Assembly (NCBI GenBank): GCA_020051155.1
Contig: JAGVJK010000001.1
Location: 18,605 to 82,604 of the forward strand
DNA length: 64,000 nucleotides
Direction of reading: 5' to 3'
Origin: Gammaproteobacteria bacterium
GTDB lineage: Bacteria > Pseudomonadota > Gammaproteobacteria > UBA1113
Shown: in pieces, positions 19,301 to 28,126 of the stretch
How positions within the stretch are numbered: position 1 is the stretch's first letter
How the letters are laid out: each line of letters begins with the position of its first letter
Program-made: the position numbers and the translations under genes
The notes under the pieces: model-generated
Seen by the model: only the letters and a program-made list of their open reading frames with translations
What the model was told of the DNA's origin: nothing
The model's database searches: none

Positions 19301-22300
19301 GGTGCGGACAAAGAAACTTTCGCAACATAACTTTCAAACAAGGTTGCTGCTTTTTCCATAGCACGCGAATGAAAGCCATGGGAGGTATGTAGCAACTTAG
19401 AAGGGATATCTTCTCCTTCTAACATCGATTGGAAAGCAAGCAACTCTGCGCGTGGACCTGAAACAACACAAGACTCCGGTGCATTAATCACTGCTAGATC
19501 TAAAGTACCTGGCAATCTTGTTTGAATAAACTCTGCAGATTTCTGAATAGTTAGCATACGGCCTTCAGGCATTTCATGCATCAGACGCGCACGCAGGATC
19601 ACTAACTTTAACGCATCCTCTAAAGAGAAAACGCCTGCCAAAGTTGCTGCAACATAGTCGCCAATACTATGGCCAATATAAGCCGTTGCCGCAATGCCAT
19701 AAGCTTCGAATTGCTTAGCAAGCGCATAACTCATAGCGAATAAAATAGGTTGTGCATATTGCGTATCATCTATATCAAAGGAAACCGTTGAGGATTGCAA
19801 TGGGTTAAAAAAATCCGTTAAATCCACGGTCATCCATTGTGAAATTTTTTCGAAACAATCAGAAACTTGTTTTCTGAAAACAGGCTCGGTTTCATATAAT
19901 GCACGACCCATACCTAAATATTGAGAACCTTGTCCAGGAAACATAAAAACAACTGTAGGATTTTCAGCGCGTTGCGCCAAAACCGTAGGCGTCCCCCATT
20001 GCTCTAATTGCTCAATAGCCGCTCTTTCTGTCTCAGCAAGCACGTAATGACGCACATTAAAATGCGTTCGTTTTTTCTGTAAGGTGTAGGCTATATTGGA
20101 TAATCCATAGGATTTATGTGCTTTGAGTAACCTAATCATTTCATCTTTATAGCGTAATAATGATTGATCGTTTTTTGCTGACAGTGGCAGAAAAAAATTC
20201 TCCTGACTTTCTTTTCCTAATAGATTCTCTCCTTTTCGTTGGTTTTTATACTCTTCTAAAATAAGATGTGCATTCGTCCCTCCAACTCCAAAAGAACTCA
20301 CGCCGGCCCTGAGCGGTTGGTTCGCTGCAAACCAAGTTTCTTTTTCTGTTAAAATTTTAAATTGCTTTTGATTCAAACCAATATTTTTATTTAATTGTTT
20401 AAAATTAATTTGCGGTGGTAAAATGCGATGCTTTAGCATATTGCACACTTTAATCACCCCGGCAATCCCAGCCACACTATCAGTATGCCCAATGTTAGCT
20501 TTCACAGATCCGAGCGTGCAATGGAGCTCTTCACGGTGGTTTGTATTCGCGTAAAATGCATCGCAAATTGCGGCAATTTCAATGGGATCACCTAAGTGAG
20601 TGCCAGTACCGTGACATTCCATATAACTAATTTGATCAGCCGTTATACCCGCTTGTTGCTGCGCCATTAAAATACATTCCGCTTGCCCGACAATACTAGG
20701 TGCGGTGTATCCTACTTTACGTTGACCGTCATTGTTCGTGGCATAACCTTTAATCACCGCTAAAATGTTATCACCATCACGCTCTGCATCTTGCAATCGT
20801 TTTAGTAATACTACACCAACCCCGGAACCGTTGACTGTGCCACTGGCTGACTCATCAAAGGGACGACAATGACCATCTTTAGAAAAAATCATTCCCTCTT
20901 GATAAACATGGCCATGATCTTTTAATAAACGTAAATTCACCGCACCTGCCAATGCTAATTGACAAGAACCTAAGGCTAACTTTTCACAGGCTTCAATGAT
21001 GGCAACTAAGGATGTAGAACATGCTGTATTCACATTCATGGAAGTTCCAGTTAGTCCTAACAAATAACTGGCGCGAGTCGCTAAGAACTGTGTCGCTTTC
21101 ATACTGTTGCTTTGCCAACGAGCTGTTTCTCCGGCGGGCTCTTCTGCATACACTTCTTCTTCTAAATATCGGCTCTGGCTAGTACCAGCGAAAAGAGCAA
21201 TGGAGGATTGTTGACGGGTTGCTGCATAGCCGGCATCCTCTAAGGCATACCAGCAATGTTCTACAAATTTTCTAATTTGTGGATCTAACTGTGCAGCTTC
21301 CTTAGGAGAAAGTCCCCAGAAATTAGCATCGAATTCTTCGATGCCCGCCACGTAACCGGTGGCAGATACATAATGTGGATGTTGATAACGCCACACATCG
21401 ACCCCTTGTTGTTGACAGGCAACAGGATCTAAAAAGGTCAGCCCCTCTCGCCCTTCGACAATGCACTCCCAATAATCTTGTACCGATGAGCAACCTGAGA
21501 AAGCTCCGGACATTGCGATAATAGCAATCTCTTTAGACTCTACTATTGGTTTATTTGGTAAAGAAGTTATGTCATCTTTAATGAGCGGATGTTGTATGCG
21601 ACTATCGCAAAACGATCGAATTGTTGGATATTTAAATAAATCGGCAACACTAATAACTGCACCTAATGCCGTATCTAACTGGTGTTTTAATTGGATTATT
21701 TTTAGTGAATTGCCGCCCACGTCGAAAAACAGATCATCCACATCAACATTTTTTCTAGACAATACGAGTTGCCACGCTTCAAGAACTTTTTGTTGTAACT
21801 CATTAAGAGGAGTTTTAAGATCTATTTTTTTCTCAGTACTTGGTAATTGCAATTGCCGCTGATCAATCTTCCCATTTATGGTTAATGGCATTTTCTTTAA
21901 TTTCACCCAGTGGGTTGGGATCATGTGTTCAGGCAGCAAGGCTCGCAAAGGTTGCCGTAAATATTTATCATCCAAATCAGCATCTTGTGATACATAAAAA
22001 CAGACTAATTCTTTTTCACCTTGAATCTCTCTGACACAGACACAAGAGTGAGCCAGAACCTTTAACGTAGAAACTGCATGTTCCACCTCTGCTAACTCTA
22101 TTCTAAAACCTCTAATTTTTACTTGAGAATCACCTCGACCTAAATATTCTAAGTTTCCATCTGGTAGCCACCGAACTAAATCGCCAGTACGATACATAGG
22201 CAACATCGTCGGTTGAAAGCGATCAGTAACGAATTTTTCTTTTGTTAACTCTGGTGCATTCAAATAACCTCGAGCAACACCAACGCCACTCAAATATAAC

Positions 22301-25300
22301 TCCCCAACCACACTAACGGGCACAGGTTGCTGATGTTTATTTAAAACATAAGCCCGCATGTTTTGTATTGGCCTTCCAATTTCATTAACGTTTCGTTTTT
22401 CTGCTTGTTTTCCTGTAGCATAAATCGTCGCTTCAGTGGGACCATAGTAATTATAAAGAGGGATTCTTTCCAACCAATACTCTCCCGCTTTTTGATCGCA
22501 AGGTTCTCCGGCAAATACAATTCCTTGTAATGTTGGATAATTGATTTTTGGCAATAAACTTAAAATGACTGGTGGTAAATAAACGTAATTTAATTGATGA
22601 TCATTAATGTATTCACTCAAAATATCTGGGCATTGTCGACACAAGTGACTAAAAATATGTAGCTCGCCACCGTTTAATAACGCGGTAAATAACTCTGATA
22701 CCGACACGTCGAATACATAAGAAGTAAAGAATCCCAGTTTTTTACCTGACTCTTTAAAGGAATACACATTATTAAGTGCTGCTAACGTATTCACTAGCGA
22801 ATCATGCTGAATCATCACACCTTTAGGTTTACCCGTGGTACCTGAGGTATACATCACATAGGCCAACTGTGTAGAACAGTCTGACGTTAAATTATTATCA
22901 TTCTCTAAATTATCATCAAGATCTCGATCTAATAAAATAAATGTTTTATCTGAAGAAGACTTAAACTGCTCTGCAAGTGTGCTTTGAGTGACTATTAAGG
23001 AACTATTGCAGTCTTTTAGAATATAATCGATTCGTTCTTGCGGGAATTTTTCATCCAGTGGAACGTACGCAGCCCCAGCTTTTAAAATACCTAAAATACC
23101 CACCACAATATCACACCCTCTTTCCACAAGCAGTGGGATTAAGGTATCTGGCTCTAATTCTTTTTTGTGAATTTGATAATATGTTTCTCTAATCATCCTT
23201 GCTAGTTGATTAGCTTTTTGATTTAAGACTTGATACGTCATTTTCGTGTTTTCAAACACGAGAGCAATATCATTAGGTGTTTTTAACACTTGATCTTCAA
23301 ATAACTGATGAATTGTTTTCTTAGAGATTTTTTTATCGGTTTGATTATACGTGTAAACAACTTTTTTATACTCCTCTTCCGGTAATGAGTAAGCATGGCA
23401 TCCATCATCTATCAATTGATGAAGATAATGTATGAGATAAGTCATCCAGCGTTGCAGAGTCTCTTTGTCGATAAACGAGGTATGAGCATTGATTTGCAGA
23501 TAAAAATTATCACTCATTCTCATCACATTTAATAGCAAGGGAATATTGGTTTTCTCAAAACCTGCCGCATAACCAAAGCCTGCAGCATAGCTCATATGTT
23601 TTTCAGATTGTTGCCTATCTAGCACATGAAAGTGAATGTAATTAAAGGCACATTGGTAAAGATCTTCTTGTAAATTTAGATCTGACTTTATTTGTCCATA
23701 GGGATAAGATTTATAGGCATGTAGCTTTATTTTCTCTTGTGCCACGGCTTCAATAAGATCGAGCTTGTTCTGTTGTTGAATGCGACTACGTAACGGTATA
23801 GTATTCAAAAATAAACCTACCATTTCTTCGCCTTGAAATTGTTCTAGTCTGTTATTAACGACCAAACCTAATAGGATATCTTCCTGATTATAAAATGTCG
23901 CTAATACTTGTTGATAGAGACTGATGAATACACAATCTGGTAATACATTAAGGCGCTTTGCCAAAGCTAAAACCTTCTTAGAGGCTTCTTCATCTAAAAT
24001 ATAATTAACTTGAGCCAACGCATCATGTGGATTGCTTATCGCGTTAAAATTAAAGCTTCTTTTTTCATAGTCTAGGTCAGACAAGTAATGTGTCCAAAAC
24101 TCTGCTTGTAATATATCTTCTAAGATCTGTTTTTCTTTTGCAATAAATTGACCATAAAAAGGCAAGGTTTGCATGTCTTGATAATTCGCTTGCCCCACAT
24201 ATCCTGCTGTGAATTCTGCCATTAACGATGCAATGCTCCAGCCATCCGCCATCGCATGATGAAATGACAATACTAATACAAAACTATCTTGTTCTTGTTT
24301 AGTAATAATCACTCGAAATAAGCCAGGCACTTCTTCGTTAAAAGCTTCTAGTTTTTCATGTTGTATCAAGTCCTTTAGATCGTGAGATTCTTGAAAAATT
24401 ATTTTCTCCTTAACGGCATTTCTTGATATTTTCTTATGCTGTAGAGCAACATAACCCAGCGAAGCATCGCTGATAAAGGATGTTCTCAGTGCTGCATGCT
24501 TCGTAGTCAACCACACCCATTGCTCTAAAAAATGTTCATAATCGAAACCGCTATGTATCTTATAACAAAATACATCATGATAAGTACCATCTACTGCTCG
24601 TTTAGCCTCTAGCAGCATGCCTAATTGCAAATAACTCACTGGATAGACATCTTCTAGCTCCACTTGTGCTTGAGAAAATCGTGTTTGCAAAAATTGTGGA
24701 TTTATTAAACTAAAGGGACGATAACCTTGCGTTTCTTCTTCGCTGATTTTTTCTATTTTATCCGTAATCTTCTTAATAGTTTTTCCCTGTAGAATATCTT
24801 GCACAGATAATTGATAACCACGTTGGCTAAGCTTAGAAATAATGCGGATACTTAAAATAGAGTCACCACCTAAAGCAAAAAAATCATCATGAACGCCGAT
24901 GGTGTCTACAGATAATACCTCACTCCAGAGTTGACAGAGTAAATGTTCTAATTCATTGCTAGGTTTTTCGTACAAAATTGTTTTTGCTTCAAAATCAGGC
25001 TCTGGCAAAGCCCCTCGATCTAGTTTGCCATTCACCGTCAATGGCCATTGGCTCATCGATATGAAATGGTGAGGAACCATATAATCCGGTAGATTATTTT
25101 CTAAATGTAATTTTAATGAATCATGATTCATCGGCTCTTCACTGACATAATAAGCCACCAGATATTGAACCACCTCTTGTGTTGCCAATACTCGTTTCTT
25201 GAGGAAGACCACACTGGATTTAATGCCTGGAAATTGAGAAAGACTATTTTCAATTTCTTCTAATTCAATCCTTAATCCATTTAACTTAACTTGAAAATCA

Positions 25301-27879
25301 TTTCTCCCTAAATATTCAATATTGCCATCCGGTAAATATCGCGCTAAATCTCCAGTTTTGTACATCCGCTCTGATGGCACAAAAGGATTTTTAATAAACT
25401 TTTCGGTAGTTAATGATTCTTTATTTAAATATCCTCGAGCAAGACACACGCCACTTAAGTATAATTCGCCAGTAACACCCATCGCCACTGGATTTAATGC
25501 CTCGTCTAAAATATAAACCTTGGTATTTTGAATAGGTTTGCCAATAGGAATTTTTCGACTAAGTTGATGACAACTAAAACTGGTGACATCAATAGATGCT
25601 TCCGTGGGGCCATATAAATTATGTAATGTCACTTGACTACGCTGTTTAATCCGATGAAAATCCTCTACCTGTTTCATACTAAGCGCTTCCCCACTACAGA
25701 AAATTTGCTTTAATGTTGGCGGCATCTCCTGGTTTGTCGCGTCCAAATAATCTAAATAAGTCGCAAACATCGAAGGTACAAAATGTAATTTAGTAACTTT
25801 CTCGGATCTAATCTGATGATCAATATATGCATTATCTGTATGTCGTCCTGGCTCACAAAACACAATGGCTCCCCCAAACCAATTAGCCCAAAACAATTCC
25901 CAAACTGACACATCGAAAAAATACGGTGTTTTCTGTAAAATACGATCATCCGCTTGTAAGCCATACTGGTTTTGCATCCACTCAATTCGATTAACAACTC
26001 CCTCATGTTGTAACATCACGCCCTTCGGCTCTCCCGTAGTACCCGATGTGTAAATGACATAGGCGAGATCTTTGGCATGAGCAGGATAATTCAAATTATC
26101 TTTTTTCTCTTGAGCATAAAACTCATGGACAATCTCAATTTTTTTAATAGGATGTTCCTGCAATACAGAATTGCTTACGGTAGATGCATGTGTTAAAACA
26201 AATGGAGCTTGTAAATCCCTCAACATATAATCTATTCTGTTTTTCGGTGCGTTAGGATCAATCGGTACATAGGCACCTCCTGCTTTTAAAATAGCTAAAA
26301 CAGCGATTAACAGATCGGCACTGCGCTCCATGCACAAGGGAATCAACGCATCGCTAACAAGAGAAAAACCCGTGATTTTTTGATATTCTTTTCTAATAAC
26401 TCTGGCTAATTGATTAGCTTTTTGATTCAACTCCTCATAGGTCAATATTACATTGTCATAAATCACTGCCTTATTTTTCGGTGTTTTTTCTACTTGTTCT
26501 TCAAATAATTGATGCAATGTTTTTCTTTTTGAGTAAATTTTCCTGGTGTGATTAAAGTCATCAACAATGGTTTGGTATTCTTTTACCGATAAATACGTTG
26601 CTTGACTCACTGGCATTGTGTTTTCTTGAGTTAACAGATTCGCCAGACAGCGACTAAAATGATCCATGAATTTTTCAGTGAGTTCATCACTCAGCATACC
26701 GGGTTTAACGAGTAATTGTAGAAAGAGATCTTCACCATTATCATCTATATATAAAATGATGTTAGATGCCGCAATAGGATAAATCACCGCTCCTTTTATA
26801 TTGTGAATATCCAATAATGGCATTTTATAGCGTGTTGAAATTTGTGACACAGAGACTGTTATCTTTGAAATATCTAAAAATTCTCGAAGCTGCAAGGGGG
26901 TTATCATAAACTCTCTAGAGTGCTTTGACGCTGCAATTTGTTCCTTCTCTTTAGATAGCAATTCATGAAAAGATATTTGCTTAAGGTTATAAGCTGAATA
27001 CAGAGTATTCACATAACACCCTTTGAGAGGCTTAAAACCGTCCTTCCTCATATTCAATGGATAAGCTAGCAAGAGTTCTTCCTGTCGTGCATATTTCCCT
27101 AGCAACACAGCAAAAGCTGCCTTTATAATATTAAACGCAGAATGTTGATTGTCTTTTGAATACTTTTTTACTTTCTGATATAACTCATCCTTCACTAATA
27201 AATTTTTCACAATCACGGCATTCTCTGTCGATTCTAAATGATCATTTTTAGGTAGTTCTATTTGCAAAGGTATTTGTTGCAATCGAGCAGCTATCGCTTG
27301 CGGCGAAATATTTTTAGGTTTTGCTTGCTCCCACTGCAGATAGGCTTGAAGCTGTTCTATCCCTGGTTTGTCACAAGCTGGCAACTGTGTTGGCTCATGA
27401 TAAAATGTTTCAATCTGCGTCATCAATGCATCATACTGCGTGCCATCTAACACAATATGATGAATCACCACCAACAAAGAAATAGTTTGATCAAACTTAT
27501 TTTCAATAATAACAAATCGATATAATGGATCTTGTTCTAAGTTAAACGGCTTATGAATTTCTCGATCTTGATACTCTTTAGCCAACGTCTCAGTCTGAGC
27601 TTGATAAGATATAATATTAGCAATGACTTGATGATGAATCACGTGTTTTAGACAAGACTCTGCCTCATCATACACAAAGTTACTTCTTAAGTGATACTCT
27701 TGATCCACCACCTTCTGCAACGCCGTTGTTAATTTCAATGGGTCTAAGTGGTTCGTATAGTGATACACACAATGAAAATGATAATAATACTGCTCATTTT
27801 GATTTAATTTTTTTGCATCGACCCAGAATAAATTGGCACATTCACTAGCATTGATCACTGTTGCATTTTTCATTGACAA
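16339..27879 (-). CDS. Hybrid NRPS-PKS megasynthase, 3846 aa, domain order C(starter)-A-T-C-A-T-KS-AT-KR-ACP-TE
   Basis: Motifs read from the translation: two HHxxxDG condensation cores (HHIVLDG, HHAMADG), two adenylation cores (YTSGTTGEPKG and YTSGTTGKPKG, YGPTEA, YKTGDL and YRTGDL), two PCP Ser sites (GGDSIL, GGNSLK), KS active site NTACSTS with the HGTGT and NIGHT His motifs, AT GQGSQ/GHSIG/HGFH, KR Rossmann GGLGGMA with YSAAN, ACP LGGSSL, and TE GASLG with GDH. Confidence 0.95.
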   Translation of the reverse strand: MSMKNATVINASECANLFWVDAKKLNQNEQYYYHFHCVYHYTNHLDPLKLTTALQKVVDQEYHLRSNFVYDEAESCLKHVIHHQVIANIISYQAQTETLAKEYQDREIHKPFNLEQDPLYRFVIIENKFDQTISLLVVIHHIVLDGTQYDALMTQIETFYHEPTQLPACDKPGIEQLQAYLQWEQAKPKNISPQAIAARLQQIPLQIELPKNDHLESTENAVIVKNLLVKDELYQKVKKYSKDNQHSAFNIIKAAFAVLLGKYARQEELLLAYPLNMRKDGFKPLKGCYVNTLYSAYNLKQISFHELLSKEKEQIAASKHSREFMITPLQLREFLDISKITVSVSQISTRYKMPLLDIHNIKGAVIYPIAASNIILYIDDNGEDLFLQLLVKPGMLSDELTEKFMDHFSRCLANLLTQENTMPVSQATYLSVKEYQTIVDDFNHTRKIYSKRKTLHQLFEEQVEKTPKNKAVIYDNVILTYEELNQKANQLARVIRKEYQKITGFSLVSDALIPLCMERSADLLIAVLAILKAGGAYVPIDPNAPKNRIDYMLRDLQAPFVLTHASTVSNSVLQEHPIKKIEIVHEFYAQEKKDNLNYPAHAKDLAYVIYTSGTTGEPKGVMLQHEGVVNRIEWMQNQYGLQADDRILQKTPYFFDVSVWELFWANWFGGAIVFCEPGRHTDNAYIDHQIRSEKVTKLHFVPSMFATYLDYLDATNQEMPPTLKQIFCSGEALSMKQVEDFHRIKQRSQVTLHNLYGPTEASIDVTSFSCHQLSRKIPIGKPIQNTKVYILDEALNPVAMGVTGELYLSGVCLARGYLNKESLTTEKFIKNPFVPSERMYKTGDLARYLPDGNIEYLGRNDFQVKLNGLRIELEEIENSLSQFPGIKSSVVFLKKRVLATQEVVQYLVAYYVSEEPMNHDSLKLHLENNLPDYMVPHHFISMSQWPLTVNGKLDRGALPEPDFEAKTILYEKPSNELEHLLCQLWSEVLSVDTIGVHDDFFALGGDSILSIRIISKLSQRGYQLSVQDILQGKTIKKITDKIEKISEEETQGYRPFSLINPQFLQTRFSQAQVELEDVYPVSYLQLGMLLEAKRAVDGTYHDVFCYKIHSGFDYEHFLEQWVWLTTKHAALRTSFISDASLGYVALQHKKISRNAVKEKIIFQESHDLKDLIQHEKLEAFNEEVPGLFRVIITKQEQDSFVLVLSFHHAMADGWSIASLMAEFTAGYVGQANYQDMQTLPFYGQFIAKEKQILEDILQAEFWTHYLSDLDYEKRSFNFNAISNPHDALAQVNYILDEEASKKVLALAKRLNVLPDCVFISLYQQVLATFYNQEDILLGLVVNNRLEQFQGEEMVGLFLNTIPLRSRIQQQNKLDLIEAVAQEKIKLHAYKSYPYGQIKSDLNLQEDLYQCAFNYIHFHVLDRQQSEKHMSYAAGFGYAAGFEKTNIPLLLNVMRMSDNFYLQINAHTSFIDKETLQRWMTYLIHYLHQLIDDGCHAYSLPEEEYKKVVYTYNQTDKKISKKTIHQLFEDQVLKTPNDIALVFENTKMTYQVLNQKANQLARMIRETYYQIHKKELEPDTLIPLLVERGCDIVVGILGILKAGAAYVPLDEKFPQERIDYILKDCNSSLIVTQSTLAEQFKSSSDKTFILLDRDLDDNLENDNNLTSDCSTQLAYVMYTSGTTGKPKGVMIQHDSLVNTLAALNNVYSFKESGKKLGFFTSYVFDVSVSELFTALLNGGELHIFSHLCRQCPDILSEYINDHQLNYVYLPPVILSLLPKINYPTLQGIVFAGEPCDQKAGEYWLERIPLYNYYGPTEATIYATGKQAEKRNVNEIGRPIQNMRAYVLNKHQQPVPVSVVGELYLSGVGVARGYLNAPELTKEKFVTDRFQPTMLPMYRTGDLVRWLPDGNLEYLGRGDSQVKIRGFRIELAEVEHAVSTLKVLAHSCVCVREIQGEKELVCFYVSQDADLDDKYLRQPLRALLPEHMIPTHWVKLKKMPLTINGKIDQRQLQLPSTEKKIDLKTPLNELQQKVLEAWQLVLSRKNVDVDDLFFDVGGNSLKIIQLKHQLDTALGAVISVADLFKYPTIRSFCDSRIQHPLIKDDITSLPNKPIVESKEIAIIAMSGAFSGCSSVQDYWECIVEGREGLTFLDPVACQQQGVDVWRYQHPHYVSATGYVAGIEEFDANFWGLSPKEAAQLDPQIRKFVEHCWYALEDAGYAATRQQSSIALFAGTSQSRYLEEEVYAEEPAGETARWQSNSMKATQFLATRASYLLGLTGTSMNVNTACSTSLVAIIEACEKLALGSCQLALAGAVNLRLLKDHGHVYQEGMIFSKDGHCRPFDESASGTVNGSGVGVVLLKRLQDAERDGDNILAVIKGYATNNDGQRKVGYTAPSIVGQAECILMAQQQAGITADQISYMECHGTGTHLGDPIEIAAICDAFYANTNHREELHCTLGSVKANIGHTDSVAGIAGVIKVCNMLKHRILPPQINFKQLNKNIGLNQKQFKILTEKETWFAANQPLRAGVSSFGVGGTNAHLILEEYKNQRKGENLLGKESQENFFLPLSAKNDQSLLRYKDEMIRLLKAHKSYGLSNIAYTLQKKRTHFNVRHYVLAETERAAIEQLEQWGTPTVLAQRAENPTVVFMFPGQGSQYLGMGRALYETEPVFRKQVSDCFEKISQWMTVDLTDFFNPLQSSTVSFDIDDTQYAQPILFAMSYALAKQFEAYGIAATAYIGHSIGDYVAATLAGVFSLEDALKLVILRARLMHEMPEGRMLTIQKSAEFIQTRLPGTLDLAVINAPESCVVSGPRAELLAFQSMLEGEDIPSKLLHTSHGFHSRAMEKAATLFESYVAKVSLSAPQRPFISSMTGKFILEEEATSPAYWGQQIRKPVLFSQGIQTLAAEDEHIILLELGPANALASFVSQHKNQHPNLVAIPTLLSAKQATAFLKENKQDLSLTHALAKLWQQGYPVNLNIFSQNSSGMTIVLPNYSFEKNVYWLDKTQTPLIANFYKPVWQKISLCLTKQQEIKKQNWLIFMDNTGRLQEFADLLLKNGCAVTCVMHDEDATLPHIEQQRILMNTKDEEAYHLLFQHLQKEQKIPNKILHGLTLSTRDELHHQRLDNGFYSVLLLQRQVLTHLTQEVDLILITQGISQITGNEFLIPEHGTLLASLRGIPQEMPWVKTMCLDIGLNTVFPARSALSLFQDDQNFEQQPFYALRNNVLWQQSLALMTNTTQSLPKIQQDDVILISGGLGGMALSIAKEIAKHYTVTFILIGRTVIHEHHPAQSILTELRQTSCKVELACLDITDFAATDAFVKKIKTKYGRIHGVIHAAGVPPRGIMEQSMAEIPAILAPKIQGTQSLLNALQAEPLRYFAMMSSLTTWLGVIGTSAYSAANAYLDVLSASNDYPQIEQLLAINWPRWNDAGMGVALTQQLVSRDKNSMEYLNGVSNAEGAALFYQLLNQGVSGQCLVSKFDLAAFKETLFNHKNKIENFSQTRKHTLTDVSCSEIENNIAILFSDILGIHQFSKQDSFFDLGGSSLTAVQLVSQLKKQQLQVSISDLVIHSTVASLAQLVAKNKKISCMVPMKINQREKESVFFIHPVGGTLIMYRELLEQLQSQYNYYGIQNINLDHDQLIERKSLEDLASDYLKEIKKVQPVGPYILMGASLGGTIAYEIACQLIQQGDKVRFVAMFDSWAIFSKKNHDESIFKAYMEEQMLNEIETETEALRHIEDEETIQKILRARWQLMTLLLHYKPQNAPSSLSMHLFKASMLDQFHKEHGDLPDNGWQQQINKKIQSTLIAGDHISLLQRPGVQHIATALNLLLDAEKRQTTTLEHESIFMTH
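16342..17112 (-). other. Type I thioesterase (alpha/beta-hydrolase) release domain
   Basis: FFIHPVGG, GASLGG (nucleophile Ser) and GDHISLL (His). Confidence 0.75.
17140..17367 (-). other. ACP domain
   Basis: QDSFFDLGGSSLTAVQLV. Confidence 0.7.
17530..18882 (-). other. Ketoreductase domain (structural plus catalytic subdomains)
   Basis: VILISGGLGGMALSIA Rossmann motif and an AYSAANAYLD catalytic Tyr/Asn. Confidence 0.65.
19075..19962 (-). other. Acyltransferase domain (malonyl-CoA-type motifs)
   Basis: FMFPGQGSQYLGMG, GHSIGDYVAA and HTSHGFHS. The GHSIG plus H-G/A-F-H pattern indicates malonyl specificity. Confidence 0.7.
20245..21537 (-). other. Ketosynthase domain
   Basis: IAIIAMSGAFSG, NTACSTSLVAI (catalytic Cys), ECHGTGTHLGDPIE and NIGHTDSVAG. 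Confidence 0.8.
21595..21807 (-). other. PCP (thiolation) domain 2
   Basis: DDLFFDVGGNSLKIIQL. Confidence 0.7.
21850..23322 (-). other. NRPS adenylation domain 2 (substrate unassigned)
   Basis: YTSGTTGKPKG, FDVSVSE, YGPTEATIY, YRTGDLVRWLPDGNLEYLGRGDSQVKIRGFRIELAEVE and NGKID. The approximate hand-derived code DVSYFGLIYK matches no code I recognise. Confidence 0.6.
23395..24702 (-). other. NRPS condensation domain 2
   Basis: HHAMADGWSI at about aa 1207. Confidence 0.7.
24745..24957 (-). other. PCP (thiolation) domain 1
   Basis: DDFFALGGDSILSIRII. Confidence 0.7.
25015..26517 (-). other. NRPS adenylation domain 1 (predicted Ser-type code)
   Basis: LTYEELNQKANQLA, YTSGTTGEPKG, FDVSVWE, HFVPSM, FCSGEAL, NLYGPTEASIDV and YKTGDLARYLPDGNIEYLGRNDFQVKLNGLRIELEEIE. 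Hand alignment to EntF gives specificity residues approximately DVWHFSLIDK. Confidence 0.7.
26575..27867 (-). other. NRPS condensation domain 1 (N-terminal, starter-type position)
   Basis: HHIVLDG at about aa 139-146. There is no upstream A-T module in the protein. Confidence 0.7.
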
Positions 27880-27989
27880 AACCTCTCTATGATCGCTGAT
27901 ATTCAGAATTCAGCAACCGAATAATAATAAATAAAATAATCTGTGCGCTGAAAAAAAAGCGCATGAAGAATTTAAATGATTGACGTGTT

Positions 27990-28020
27990 TATTGATGTGT
28001 TATTGACATGATGAGATCCT
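27990..28020. promoter_or_regulatory. Three helically phased direct repeats TTGA(C/T)(G/A)TG upstream of the NRPS-PKS start
   Basis: TTGACGTG, TTGATGTG and TTGACATG, spaced 11-12 bp apart and lying about 110-140 bp upstream of ATG 27879. Candidate response-regulator binding sites. Confidence 0.3.
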
Positions 28021-28126
28021 CTCTTTCTTTTAAATCATGAAATGCTAAACTGGCATCTCGACCTGATTGTGTATCATAAAGATTTTTCTTTTTATGTCAA
28101 TAAAGATAATGTATTTATTTTTAGAA

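Noticed and set aside
16410..27450. Nine short ORFs (60-97 aa) inside or antisense to the NRPS-PKS gene: 16410..16601, 18665..18847, 18911..19186, 21569..21862, 21840..22034, 25322..25516, 25752..26006, 25865..26053 and 27262..27450
   Set aside because: They are embedded in a continuous 3846-aa ORF with a coherent domain series. They have no motifs and are typical shadow ORFs.
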